A stretch of DNA of 63,054 bases, the filler included, from Rozella allomycis CSF55 (lineage: Eukaryota), in assembly GCA_000442015.1 (NCBI GenBank). It is 3 parts of 3 records of this genome, joined end to end, with 100 filler letters (N's around TTAATTAATTAA, not from the genome) between each part and the next. Parts side by side here need not be neighbours in the genome. Positions count along the whole stretch, not along the records: positions 22,468 to 54,301 come from KE561208.1; 2 more parts are not named here. One strand, given 5' to 3'. This document shows positions 24,797-36,759 of this stretch, in pieces (positions within the stretch are counted from its first letter, which is position 1; each line of letters opens with the position of its first letter). Made by a program: the position numbers and the translations under genes. Under the pieces are notes generated by a model. That model was not told the origin of the DNA and did not search any database. It saw nothing but the letters and a program-made list of their open reading frames with translations.

Positions 24797-27700
24797 TTAG
24801 TTTATTTGAAGTAAATTGGAGACTTTAGTTAATGCAATGTTCCATTTTGTTGATATTTCTGTGGTGATTTTGTTGTTTGTAATTTTGAAAGAGGAATATT
24901 CACAGAAAACGAGATTGATGATATTGTTTTTGTAATCGATCCATTCGCATTTCAAGTTGAAGAATTCAATTGCAGTTTCTTTGTTGAAGGATGGGATGAA
25001 ATCATTGAAGGGAGATTGAAAGTAGACATTGGCTATTCGAGAAGATTTATCGACAAAGAATAAATCTTGTTGAAATAATTGATTTTGATTTTTATCAAAT
25101 TTTGTGATGATTTCAGAAGCAACTAGGAAAACAAAAGAAGATGAATTACTTAGAAAATGAACTTTAATGTCAACAAATCTTTTTAACCAAATTTCGTCTA
25201 TTCTTGAAAGTTGGATGAAATCTCTTTGATAGATTGCTGATTGATTTAAAAGAGATTCAGAAAGTTTCTTTATTTCACAAAAGAACGATTGATTTGCATT
25301 TAGGATTAGAATATCTTTTGAATAAGTGTTTGGATTTAAAAGAAAAAACTAGAAAAAGAATAAACGGATTGATTACTCTGCAACGATACCCTGGTTTTAA
25401 AGATGAAAGAGATTCAGAAACTTTTTTGAAGACAATGAGAGCGAATTTATTTGATGATTTGAATGGAGTGTCACAAACTTCAATGCAAAGATTAGTTGAT
25501 AAATCTGAGTTTGTTTCATTTAAATATTTTAATTCCATTTGATTTAAAGTTAATTTAAGATTAAAGTTGTAGAAAGACAAGGGTAATATTCTTGTAATGA
25601 TAACATCTATGCAAGTGACAATACCACCATTTTTATTTATAGAATTTATGCTTGTTGGGATTATTGATTTATTTAAACCAAGTTTTTCAAACCAAGCAGC
25701 TCTTTTGGTAGAATTTGAAAATAGTTTTAATTTCATTGATGGATTATTGTCTAGAATGTCACAACCTTCTTTTGACAGATATAAAGAATAATAAATATGA
25801 ATTTTATCACCAATTTTTAATTTTTGTGATTTTATTGAATTTATTAAAGGTTGATCTATTGTAGCAGGCATTGAATACCAACCATCACAAACTTCAATTT
25901 CATTTTTATTTAAAAATATATTAGAAATAAAAACAATAAAATGTCTTTGTGGAATATCATCAGTTTCTGCAATCTTTTTTAAAATAGATCTTTTTGAATC
26001 TATAAATTCAATTTTGTATCTATAAACTAATTGTTCAATAACAATCTCTTTATTTAAAACATCAATGCTAAACCCTAACACTGAAATGTAGCTGGCCAAC
26101 TTTAACACTATCAATCTGTAATGATTATTAACCCATTTTTCAGTTGGTTTTCTATTGGGATAAATTAACTTACAAACATCTTCAAACGCTTTTGTTTTAT
26201 TCCATCCATCTGCAAAAACATAATCTTCTGTCAAGAGTGAATCTACCATAAATCTATCTATTCATCTTTTAAAATTTACTTTGTTGCTTTAATTGGTTTT
26301 AAATTTAAATATTTCAAGGGTATTTTACATGTTGATTCTAATCTAAAGTTTATCTTGCAAATTTACTCATTGGAATTGGAAAGTCTGAAATTTCAAAAGA
26401 TTTTTTAGATTTCTTTATTATTACAGGGGATGGGGAACATGCGTTGGGATGAAGCGACTTTTTAGACTTTTTCAATCTAAACATTTTCTTTTCATTAGAA
26501 ATCTTATTCTCATCAAAAATAGATTTTGCCTTTTCAAGTGAATCTCTCGTTATTTCTATCAATTTTCCATTCGCTGATTGAAACTGACTACATGATTCTT
26601 CATTGGTAACATCATTCTTAATAGAATCATCGTTGAATAACTGCTTAGCTTTGTTTAATGATTCTTCTGTCACACTAACTCTCTTGCCACCCCCTGTATT
26701 AAACCCTTGAAATGATGTTTCTTCTTCAAATAACACTTTAGCTTTGTTTAATGATTCTTCTGATACGTTAACCTTTTCCCCATCGGTAGTTTGAAATCCT
26801 TTGTACTCTACTTCCTCATTAAAGAAATCTCTCGCTTTATTAATTGATTCTTCTGATACATTAACCTTCGTGCCACCAGCCGTTTGAAATCCTTCAAAAG
26901 TTTTTTCTTCTTCAAACAACTCTTTGGCTTTGGTCAATGATTCTTCAGATATCTTGACCTTCTTACCACCAGCTGTCTGAAATCCTTGAAAAGCCTTCTC
27001 CTCTTTAAACAACTCTTTAGCTTTGGTCAATGATTCTTCAGATACACTAACCTTCTTTCCGTCAGCTGTCTGAAATCCTTGAAACGCATTCTCCTCTTTA
27101 AACAGCTCTTTAGCTTTGGTCCATGAATCATCTGAGACATTAACCGTTTCACCTCCAATTGTCTGCAACCCTTTAAATTCTACATTCACATTAAAGAACT
27201 CTTTGGCTCTATTTAATGACTCTTCCGATACTTTGACTTTCTTACCGCCCGCTGTTTGAAAGCCAACATATGACTCTTCTTTCGTATCCATAAAGAAATT
27301 GGAATCACTAGAGTTTGATTTAAGAAATATATTTTCATTTGAGTCTGGATTGGTTATTGTTTTAGTCACGCAAGTTGAATTATCATCAGAAAAATATTCT
27401 ATTCCATTCAGTAATGTTATTTCACTAGAATTTCTCTTTAAAGATTGTGTAGCTTGTTTCAATGTCTTCAATCGCACAGTGCTTGTTAGATCTCTTACTT
27501 TTTTATCCATCATCTCATGCAATAAACTCTCCTTATGATCTTTCCCTAGAAAATCGGTTACATTATTATAAAACAATCTATATCTATTCCTTTCTTTCTT
27601 CTCACAAGATCTTATGAGATTTTTTGAAAGGTCATCAAGCTCATCATTATCTGATTCCCCCAGAATATCATTGTATTTTCTCTTTCCTCCTGCATCCAAC

Positions 27701-28059
27701 AAATTTATTAGCCATTCATCCAAATCATCTCCAGAATCATCAACTCTGCTCTCAAACACATTATACAAGTATTCATCACCATTAGATCTATCTGAAGGCA
27801 ATATGACATCATCCTTTCCCCATTTACCATATGAATGATTCATAGAAGTATTGAATTTTCTCTTTGCAACTTTATTTAACCTTTTTGATTTTAAATTCTT
27901 TGTTTTCTCTACGTTTGGTGTTTCCAAACTTTCATTCCAAAGTTCTTGTAAACTCTTATTGTTTATATCTGCTGGAAGTGGCAAAGGCGTTCCATCTATA
28001 TTGGTTCCAAATTTATCTTCTTTGGATCTGTCTTTTTTTGCTTTATTGTACTGTATCAT
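24797..28059 (-). CDS. BRCA2: BRCA2/Brh2 homolog with 8 BRC repeats and OB-fold DNA-binding domain
   Basis: BRC repeats FQTAGGKKVKVSEESLNRAKEFF; helical domain KWVNNHYRLIVLKLAS; OB1 IEVCDGWYSM, NSTKRAAW; OB2 GGIVTCIDVIITRILP. The true start could be further downstream. Confidence 0.93.
26515..27270 (-). repeat. BRC repeat array: 7 tandem 93-nt (31-aa) units plus a spaced 8th
   Basis: 93-nt periodicity of the FQT/FxxA codons seen directly. Confidence 0.92.
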
Positions 28060-28482
28060 CCAGGTGTCAGGTTAGTGTGGCAGAGTTGGCGCGAAAATAA
28101 CCTTCCAGAACTTTAACCGTGTCTCTAAAGTATTTTAAATTTTAAAACCTGGAATTTGAAAGGAATTCCAAAAGTACGATAGGTGGACCCTATTTTGCAC
28201 CATCATATCTTACTACTGTAAAATGTTCCATACTAAATTTAAATATTTATAATTGAAGTAATGATATTTAACTTTATAAATGTATTTTGGCAAATAAAAA
28301 CTAATAAAATCAAATGCCTTTTTCATCACGTGTTTTCTGATTTCCAAATTTCAAAGTCAAAAAATAGTATATTAATTTGAAAGTTTAAAACCCAATTTAA
28401 AGCTTTGCAAATGCCAATACCATATTAGAATAAAAAATGCAAGAGCACATGACGCCACAGAGATCCAACCCCTGTCAAAGAG

Positions 28483-28998
28483 ATGCAGTATCCTTATGAA
28501 TATACCGACTGTCCTACATTAATTTTGATAAGGATAATATCTGAAGTTTTGAATAAAATATGTAATCTGAACAACGCGCTTGGTGGCAGTAGGATAACGA
28601 GATTTCATTCGCGAGCACCGCCTAGTATTAGTATAGGCGACTATTTGGAGCGGATTGTAAAATATGCTAGTTTGGAGACGAGCTGTTTGGTGATGATATT
28701 GGTGTTTATAGATCGGATGTGTGAAAAGAATAGACATTTTAGTGTGAGTAGTTTGACGGTGCATAGATTTCTGATAACAGCGTGTACTGTGGCAGCGAAA
28801 TCTTTGTGTGACAGTTATTGTACGAATACACATTATGCAAAGGTTGGGGGAATAAGTATGCAAGAGCTGAATATGCTAGAGCTGGAGTTTTTGTTTATGA
28901 TAGATTGGGATTTGGGGATAACGAGGGAGGGATTGCAAAAGTATTATATGAATCTGGTGCTGCAGCATCCAGACAATACACTTGTTGAGCGAGTATAG
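28483..28998 (+). CDS. Pho80/Pcl-family cyclin
   Basis: TRFHSRAPPSISIGDYLERI...SSLTVHRFLIT...YCTNTHYAKVGGIS..ELNMLELEFL. Confidence 0.92.
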   Translation: MQYPYEYTDCPTLILIRIISEVLNKICNLNNALGGSRITRFHSRAPPSISIGDYLERIVKYASLETSCLVMILVFIDRMCEKNRHFSVSSLTVHRFLITACTVAAKSLCDSYCTNTHYAKVGGISMQELNMLELEFLFMIDWDLGITREGLQKYYMNLVLQHPDNTLVERV

Positions 28999-29156
28999 TG
29001 AAGGAGAACACAATTTTGGAATAAAATGAATAAAGGAGCATTTTGTATTTAAACGTTGAAATAAATTTAATAATATATTTGAATAATTTAAATATTTGAA
29101 TAATAATATTTGATAATTTCAAATATTTGAATTTAAAAAAAGTTTAAATGAATTTA

Positions 29157-32100
29157 TTACCAAGAGATGGAATTGAATCTATCTATACTTTTTGAAGCCA
29201 CTTGANACCAAGAGATGGAGTTGAATCTATCTATACTTTTTGAAGCCACTTGAACATCTTTAGCGACTCTTTTTCTCATGTAAAAGATTGGACAGTCGGA
29301 AGCAGAACATAAAACTTCTTGGTGTAGAGAACCTTGACATCTTTGACATTGAGTCCAAAGTCTAGCAAATTTGATTTCTAATTCGTTCAAGTTTAACAAA
29401 TGTTTGTTGTAAATTTCAGAAATATTTGCGATACAATTTTTGCATACGGGAACGTTTTCATTTTTTAATGGAGCTTTGCAGCCGAGACAAGTTTGTTTTT
29501 TGACTGTGAATTTGCTCATGATGCTGTTAGTTGAGGTAGCGACTTGAATGACTCTGGTGTGATCACCGGTTAAGAGTTCATTTGGGTTTTTCATTATGGG
29601 TTCAAATATGCGAAGAAGGGGTTTAGCTAGTTGATTGTTCAAGTAGTATTTGGTGTCTATTGGAAGATTGTGTTCTAGAACGTAGATTGGATCTTCTGAT
29701 TTTTCATAAGCAGCGGAACCTTTTGGAGATTGAATGATAACGTAAGCGACTCTGTCACCTAGATTGGGAGCAGAACCAGCATCTCTCTTTTTCATTCTTT
29801 CAGCTAATTCAGCATGGGCTTGTTTGTTTGCATAATCATCACCTTTATTTAAAGAGAGATTAGACAGATACCAGTTTTGCTGAGTGCTTTTGTGATGACT
29901 AGTTGGGAAAGATCAATTTTGTTTTGAAGTAAATCTGAAATAACTTGCTTTGCATAACTAATTAAAGAAGAATGATAGAAATCCTTACTTTTTAGCACCT
30001 TGAACGTTTCTATCAATGAGGATCATTCGTAGACAAGTATCAATAACAACTTGAACTAGTCTACAATTATCTCTTCTAACAGTTTCAATTCCTTTGGTGT
30101 CCATTTTGTCATACTTGTCAGGGTTTGTCCAATATAAACCAGCGTATCTCTTTTTGTTTATTAAAAGATAAGGAAAATAAACTTTTTCAAATTCTAATTT
30201 GATTGGATTGATGAAAGAAGAAGAAACAAATTTAGCAGCTTCATTTCCCAACTCCATTGCATCTTTTAGATTGTCAACACCAAACTTGACCATTACAGAA
30301 TCAGTGTCACCATAAATAACTTTGGCATTAAATTTATAACCATTTTGAATTGTGTATTTCTCTTCAACCAACAATTTAGTCTTTTCAATCATCATTCTAC
30401 CAAACGAAGTAACACTTTGTGATATTTGAATACATGGTAGTTTCCCAATAGTAGCACCAGTGAATCCATAAACAGAATTAGCACTAATTTTTAATGCTAA
30501 TTGTCTTCCATCTAGAACAGCTCTTTTAAATGGATCTTTTTCATTCTTTAAATCATTTTTAGCTCTTTTTCTAGCTGAAATCAATTCTTCTAAAATAATT
30601 GGCAATAACCCTTTTCTCTTTTTATTACTCAAAAATAAATCTATTCTCAAATTCTTTTATTAAAATACCTCCAGATGGAGTTCTAATGTAATCTTCATTA
30701 TTTAATTTATATTTTTCAATTGAATTTAAATTTAACAATGTTGAATAACAAAGATTGTGTGCCATCATTATAGATGGATAAAGTGATGCAAAATCTAACG
30801 TTGCAATTGGCAAATCATAATATCCCTTAATTGGCTCAATAACTGTTGCTCCTTCATACTGTTCTTCTGTCACTTCTACTCTCATTGCTGGTATTATCAA
30901 ATCATGTTCAGCTGCCTTTCTATACAACTGTGACACTACTTTGACTTGTTGTCCCCTAGACAATAAAAAGTTAAACGGAACCCCTTTTAATAGTGATTAT
31001 AAATAGTTACCTATTAAATATAGATTATAAATGGTTACCTATTTTAATAGTCACTACACTCATTACCTATTTATTTCCTTACTACATTCATTACCTGTTA
31101 CTCTCGCCATTTCTATGTAATTGATTAAAGACATTAATTTATCAATCAATCTTTGTGGCAAATACGCATCCTTTCATTTTCTCATTTAATTTTTACTTTT
31201 AAACAATAAACAGCCAATCTTCTTCTAGTCTCTTCATTTCCATTCTGCAAATCTGTAATAATTGAATGCTGAACATCCTCTTTCTGCTCTCCAAGAAAAT
31301 GAGCACAAACTGAATTCAACGTATAACTTCTCAATTTATAATCTCTTTGAATAACCTGAAGCATATCCATATGCAATCTCCCTTCCATGGTCAACGCTTT
31401 ACTCTCTCGCGTTCCATACGCTTTAGATGAAAACGTCGTATCCTTTGCTATCGTTTTACTCTCACTAATCCTCCCCAAATAATTAAACTTTTCCAACTTT
31501 AACGCCTTTGCTCTATCCAACAAATATGGCCAATCAAAATTGCTTATATTATATCCAACTATCACATCCGCATCGATCCTCACAAAAAACTCTTTCCACG
31601 CCATCAACAACTCTTCTTCAGTCTCAAAACTATACACATCAGACCCAACTATATGCGCACAACTCTTCAACGTAAACACATTCCTTATAAACGGCTGTCC
31701 TTGTCCATGCACTGTCACCATATTCGCTATCTGAATCACTGAATCTTCATTCGCATCTGGAAACACCCCCTTCCTCCCTGCACACTCTATATCAAACGAT
31801 AATATCCTCAACGGCGCCAACTTTTGCCACTCTCCTTCAGGCAAATGACTAGTCAAATCTTCATAATACACCTTTAACACCCAAATCAACTTCATTTACT
31901 TCAACTTCTAATTGACACGGCGTGTTTTTATTCTCAATCAAATTATATTTCCCCTTTTGCAATTCAATCCAACTCATCCCTCTAATCTCACAATCAATCA
32001 TAAACCTCATTATAAACCCCAAATTACTCTCAAACGTACTAAAACTCACATTCATAAACTTTCCAAACGACATCCCTCCCTCCAACACCCTCTTCGCTCC

Positions 32101-32656
32101 ATTCACATGCGTCGGCAAACTACACACAATCTTTATATACGGCGACTTTACATCCCCATGGTACCCATATATATTCTCCTTTTTCACAATCTCTGTCCAA
32201 ACTATACTGCCTACTCCAACCCTCTGCTCCAACGACACTTTAAAACTATCCAAATCATTCTCTGAAAACCCATTCGGCGCAGCAACATACAAGTATGGGA
32301 AAAATCCATGCACATGGCAAACTACACTATGCTCCTCACTAGTCACCCCATACAATCTCAACACCGGCGCACTAGTCAGCCCTTCGGCTCTGCTATTTCT
32401 TTGCTTTACAATATCATGCACACCACTCTTGTAATCATCAATCTCTATTTGCTGGAACACCAAATTCATCGTTGCACTGTCCCAGTCTGGAACCTTGGGC
32501 CGTTCCCATCTTTCATGCGCTGGCGTATCTTTTATAATTTCAGTCACTGCCTTTACCTTCAGGATTATACAGCCGCTCCAACTCTTTTTCAAAAGTTGAT
32601 TCACACACCTTTTTACGCGACGAAGCTGGCTCTTCTTCTAAAGAATGTTTTGTCAT
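29157..32656 (-). CDS. POL3: DNA polymerase delta catalytic subunit, multi-exon
   Basis: Exo[36 protein letters not shown], CysA CLGC..CKNC, CysB CQRC..C..DC. Confidence 0.97.
30984..31094 (-). other. POL3 intron composed of four abutting GT..AG mini-intron units (28+28+28+27 nt)
   Basis: Removal restores the conserved [17 protein letters not shown]; three internal TAG|GTAA junctions at 28-nt spacing. Confidence 0.85.
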
Positions 32657-32845
32657 GTGGCTTGGTGGTTACAATCCTGCCTAGTCTTTTCAATAATGGA
32701 TTAAAATGAGAATAGGATTTTTATATTTCTTTAATTTCTTTACTGTCACGGTATTGTGTGTTGAAAATCTTAAATAATTCTTTACAAAATATTGATTCGA
32801 GACTGAGAAAATTCTGACAAAATTGGCGCCAAAAAATATAATACA

Positions 32846-35348
32846 ATGAAGAATCGTTCCTCTTTGAATCCGTATTCAAACAGAAACTCTCCAAAGTAAG
32901 TATATACAAACCATTTTATAGACGAATTCTACCATACCTTCCAGACCCACCATCTAGTAAGTGTATTTTATTGAAACTTTGCTTCAAACTCTTGTTTATA
33001 TAAATTCATTGAGAATATTAATCTAATCTCTAGGTGATACAGGTCATCCATACGTGCTTCGAGAGGCCAATACGCCTAGATCTCCCAAAAGCAGATTGAG
33101 AAACAATGACGAAAAGTCGCTGCGTAAATTTGCATTAACAAATTGCAATTTGAAAAACGAAAGAAAGATTGTGAAATTATCACCGTCGTCTCTGAAACAA
33201 GCTGATGAAAATAATTTGAATCATGCCATGACATCTCCAATAAGAAGAGTTTTATTTGACACGCCAAAGACACCGAAAACAAAGGACTTTTTCAGCAGTC
33301 CGCCGCCAGTCAATAGGAATTTATCAGATATATTTTTGGACGCTAGAAAAGAGGCAGATTTAATTTTTGGAGATTATATTCCGCATAGAGAGAATGAAGG
33401 AGATTTGTTTGAAAAATTTATGAGTTCTGATTTTCATGAACATCCGAGCACGCAAATGCAGCAGATTGGAAGTTGCGATCAGGTTGATAATATATTGTCT
33501 GATAAAGTTGATAATTTATTGTCTGATAAAGTTGATAATTTATTGTCTGATTTACTTTCTGATAATCAAACAGTGAGTGAATCATTACAGACGTCATTTC
33601 AGCCAGAGAATTATGTGCCAGATGATATTTTGCAAAACATTATTGATGCTGCTGTGAATGAGAAACCAACAGCAGTTCAGGAATTGAAGAGTTCATTGGC
33701 ACAAAAGCCAGTTGTTAATAATTACATGATTGATATTTCAACACTTTATGCTATATTGACTGGATTAAAGAACCATTCTACGTCATTTGAAGAGATACTG
33801 GGAAGCTTTGTGAGAAGTGGAATAAATTCTATTGATTTAAACCAGGTTCTTTTGATGCTTAGTAATTGTTCCAATGCCCCTGCACTTGACGTTCCAATTT
33901 ATGATCGTGAAATTCCACAGTTGGATTCTGATGGGGAAACAAAGTCATTATATTTGCAATTTTTAAAGAATTTAAACAAGGATGAATTTGGTATTAATGA
34001 AGAGTCTGATGGAGAATATGCAGACAAGGAAGATTTTGCCATTGAAGAGTTTAGAAATGATAATGCAGTTAAAGTTTCACGTAATTTAATTAAATTTGAA
34101 TAAATTTAGATCAAGAGTTTATTGATTTGATGACGGATCATATGGGACAAGTTGAAGAGCCAGTTGAAATGATACCGTCAGATAATAATTTTCCATTTAC
34201 GTTGGAACAATTGAAAACATTGAGAGAACAAATGCAACAATATTTTCAATTTCTTATTCAAGCATATACAATAGCTGGTTGTATGTCTGGAGGTGAAATA
34301 TTACAAGGGGTTGCATATCAATATTTAATAGAATTGGGTTATTATATAAGAAATTATATGATTGATCCATCAAAAACTATTGAATATGTAAATCCATTGG
34401 GAAAGAAAGAGCCAATTCCAGATCCACTTTCAACTTGTAAATTTCATTGGTTGAATGATCCGATTGAAATGGAATCTTTTTTTATAAAAAACAATTTATT
34501 AAAATCTTTTTGTTTTGTTGAAGGTTATGAATTTGTTAAAGAACTTCCAAGACCTCTTTCTGTACAAAAAACTATTGATGATTTTTCTACTTTGAATTCT
34601 CACATGGTTTGTAGTTTTAAACAAATTATGAATCCTTTGGATAATTCAGTTCCTGAAAGACTAGTCTTCCAATGGAGAAACACTGAAAACGCTAGAAGAA
34701 CTTTTGGTTCAAATCTTTGTCTTCCTGTTGAATTGGAAACTGTTTTAAATGTTTTTCAACCATTCTTTGATTCTTCTTTATACCCTGAATTCAAATTCGG
34801 TATCAATCTTAAATCTTTTTCATCTAGAAACTCCAAATGGAAGATCAATCTTTCTTCCAATTGAAGATGAATTATTGCTACGTGGTCTATCAAGGTTTGG
34901 TTCTTGCGCTGCTGCGATGGAACTCATTTGCAAATATTATCTCCCCCTAAAAACTCCAAAGCAAATTTCAAATCGCTACAAAAATGTCATTCAACGAAGA
35001 AATAGTCAAATGAAAGAAAAGTTTCGTCAAGAAGCCGCCAAAAAGAAAATATTCACGCCAATTACACCTTTAAAGATGCCAGAATTAACTTCTCCTAAAC
35101 CTACCCACAATAGATCAACTAGAGCTACATCCTCTTTTGTTTCAAACACTCCAAGTCAAAATAAAACAATCTTTAATGGAAAAGAAATAAAATGGACTAA
35201 AGAAGAAGATAGAGCTATTTTAAATCACATTCGAATTCATGGAACTTCTAGATTGGATTCTTTAAATATCCAAAAGTCAAACCCTCAAATCTTGGCTCGA
35301 TACGACAAACTAATGCAAATATTCAAATCTCAAAATCAATCACTTTAA
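32846..35348 (+). CDS. GON4L/YY1AP1-like protein with Myb/SANT-like domains, multi-exon
   Basis: EEFRNDNAVKVS, LREQMQQYFQFLIQ, FLPIEDELLLRG..KYYLPLKTPKQISNRYKN and C-terminal KWTKEEDRAIL..QILARYDKLMQIF parallel the GON4L motifs in the same order. Confidence 0.75.
33478..33563 (+). repeat. Coding 24-nt tandem repeat (DKVDNLLS x~3)
   Basis: GATAAAGTTGATAATTTATTGTCT repeated, seen directly. Confidence 0.8.
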
Positions 35349-35638
35349 TAAATTAAAATTTTTGTACTTTTAATAGTTGTTTTTTGCGGGATGAAAGTAT
35401 AAACTATGAAAGGGTCAACTTTGATCTAGCTATATTCGAGATAAAGTAGATTTGAATATTGTTAAAGGTAAAAAAAAGTAATTATTTTTCTCAGATTTGT
35501 AATTAAAATGTTCATAAAAATAAAATCCTTGATTGCGCAATCAACGGATCCGGAATTTCTATAATATTTCCTCCAACACCTTTAACAGGCAATCTAGTCA
35601 AAGATTTAAACTAATTTATTAAATCTTTTGCTCTTAGA

Positions 35639-36346
35639 TTAGCCATGTATATTTTTTCTATGCGTATTCAACGTACTTTTCTGTGTAAATCTTTTTCCAC
35701 ATGAATCACACTTGTAAGGCTTCACACCTCTTAATCTAACTCTAGATCTCTTACCTGTATGTGTCCGCAGATGAACAACCAAATACGCTTTTTTAGCAAA
35801 TCTCTGCTGGCATATCTTTACTGGGCACACAAAAGGCCGCTCAGCATCATCATGGGTTCGTTCGTGCGCATACAGAGACGACTTTCTATAACACACAAAA
35901 TCACACGTCGGAACTTTACATCGGAAACAATCTGAATTGTCATCAATCTCTATCTGGCTCTGCGAATCACATTTCTTTCCAAAAACTGTGTCTGTCAATT
36001 CTACAGGCAAAATGCGGTCTTCCCTCTTCGAATTTTTCGATACAAAATTACAATATTCAAAACTAGACTTGTTTCGCTCGGTTATTGAATGCAAATGACG
36101 TATCGCTTCATCTAACATCGCCCGGAGCTGTATTATATCATTTTTATAGTACGGTGGAAAGTTTTGCAATAATTTTTCTGATCGTTCAACTAGCTTGTCC
36201 ACTTGTAGATGAAAGTGTGCCGTGTCAACTGGAACACGGACATTTAGTGAATAATCAATTGCGTACAACATACCCTTTATAAAATTTTGAATATCTTCTT
36301 TAAAAGTATACAGAAAAGCACGATCAACGTTAACTTGGTCCAGCAT
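35639..36346 (-). CDS. C2H2 zinc-finger transcription factor (3 fingers)
   Basis: CKVPTC..HERTH, ERPFVCPVKIC..HLRTH, YKCDSC..HRKNIH; removing a 27-nt in-frame intron restores the TG-VKPY linker. Confidence 0.88.
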   Translation of the reverse strand: MLDQVNVDRAFLYTFKEDIQNFIKGMLYAIDYSLNVRVPVDTAHFHLQVDKLVERSEKLLQNFPPYYKNDIIQLRAMLDEAIRHLHSITERNKSSFEYCNFVSKNSKREDRILPVELTDTVFGKKCDSQSQIEIDDNSDCFRCKVPTCDFVCYRKSSLYAHERTHDDAERPFVCPVKICQQRFAKKAYLVVHLRTHTGKRSRVRLRGVKPYKCDSCGKRFTQKSTLNTHRKNIHG

Positions 36347-36759
36347 ACGATCGGGGTCTAGACGTGGTCAGATGAAAGTTTAATGAAATTTTTGATACCA
36401 TGTTGACATTATTTTTTCTACCACAAAACCTCTTTATATTCTCAAAATATTTAAATATTATTAACCAAAGCCTTGACAATTGACAACATGTTACACATGT
36501 CACCTGTTGCTAGTTTTGATGGTGGGCAAAAGAAAACATCTTTTCTTTATGAAATTAGAGATATTCTCTAAATCCATAATTCATGTCAACATTGATGAAT
36601 GGACATCATGGCCCCTTTTGGCAAGTCTTTTTGTAAATTTCTGTTTAAGCCATCTATAACTTCCTAGAAAGAAAAATTGACAAAAATAATAATAAAAAGG
36701 GTTATAAATATTATCAGTTATAAATTATGGAAATCTTTATTATTTGTATTGAGCAACTT

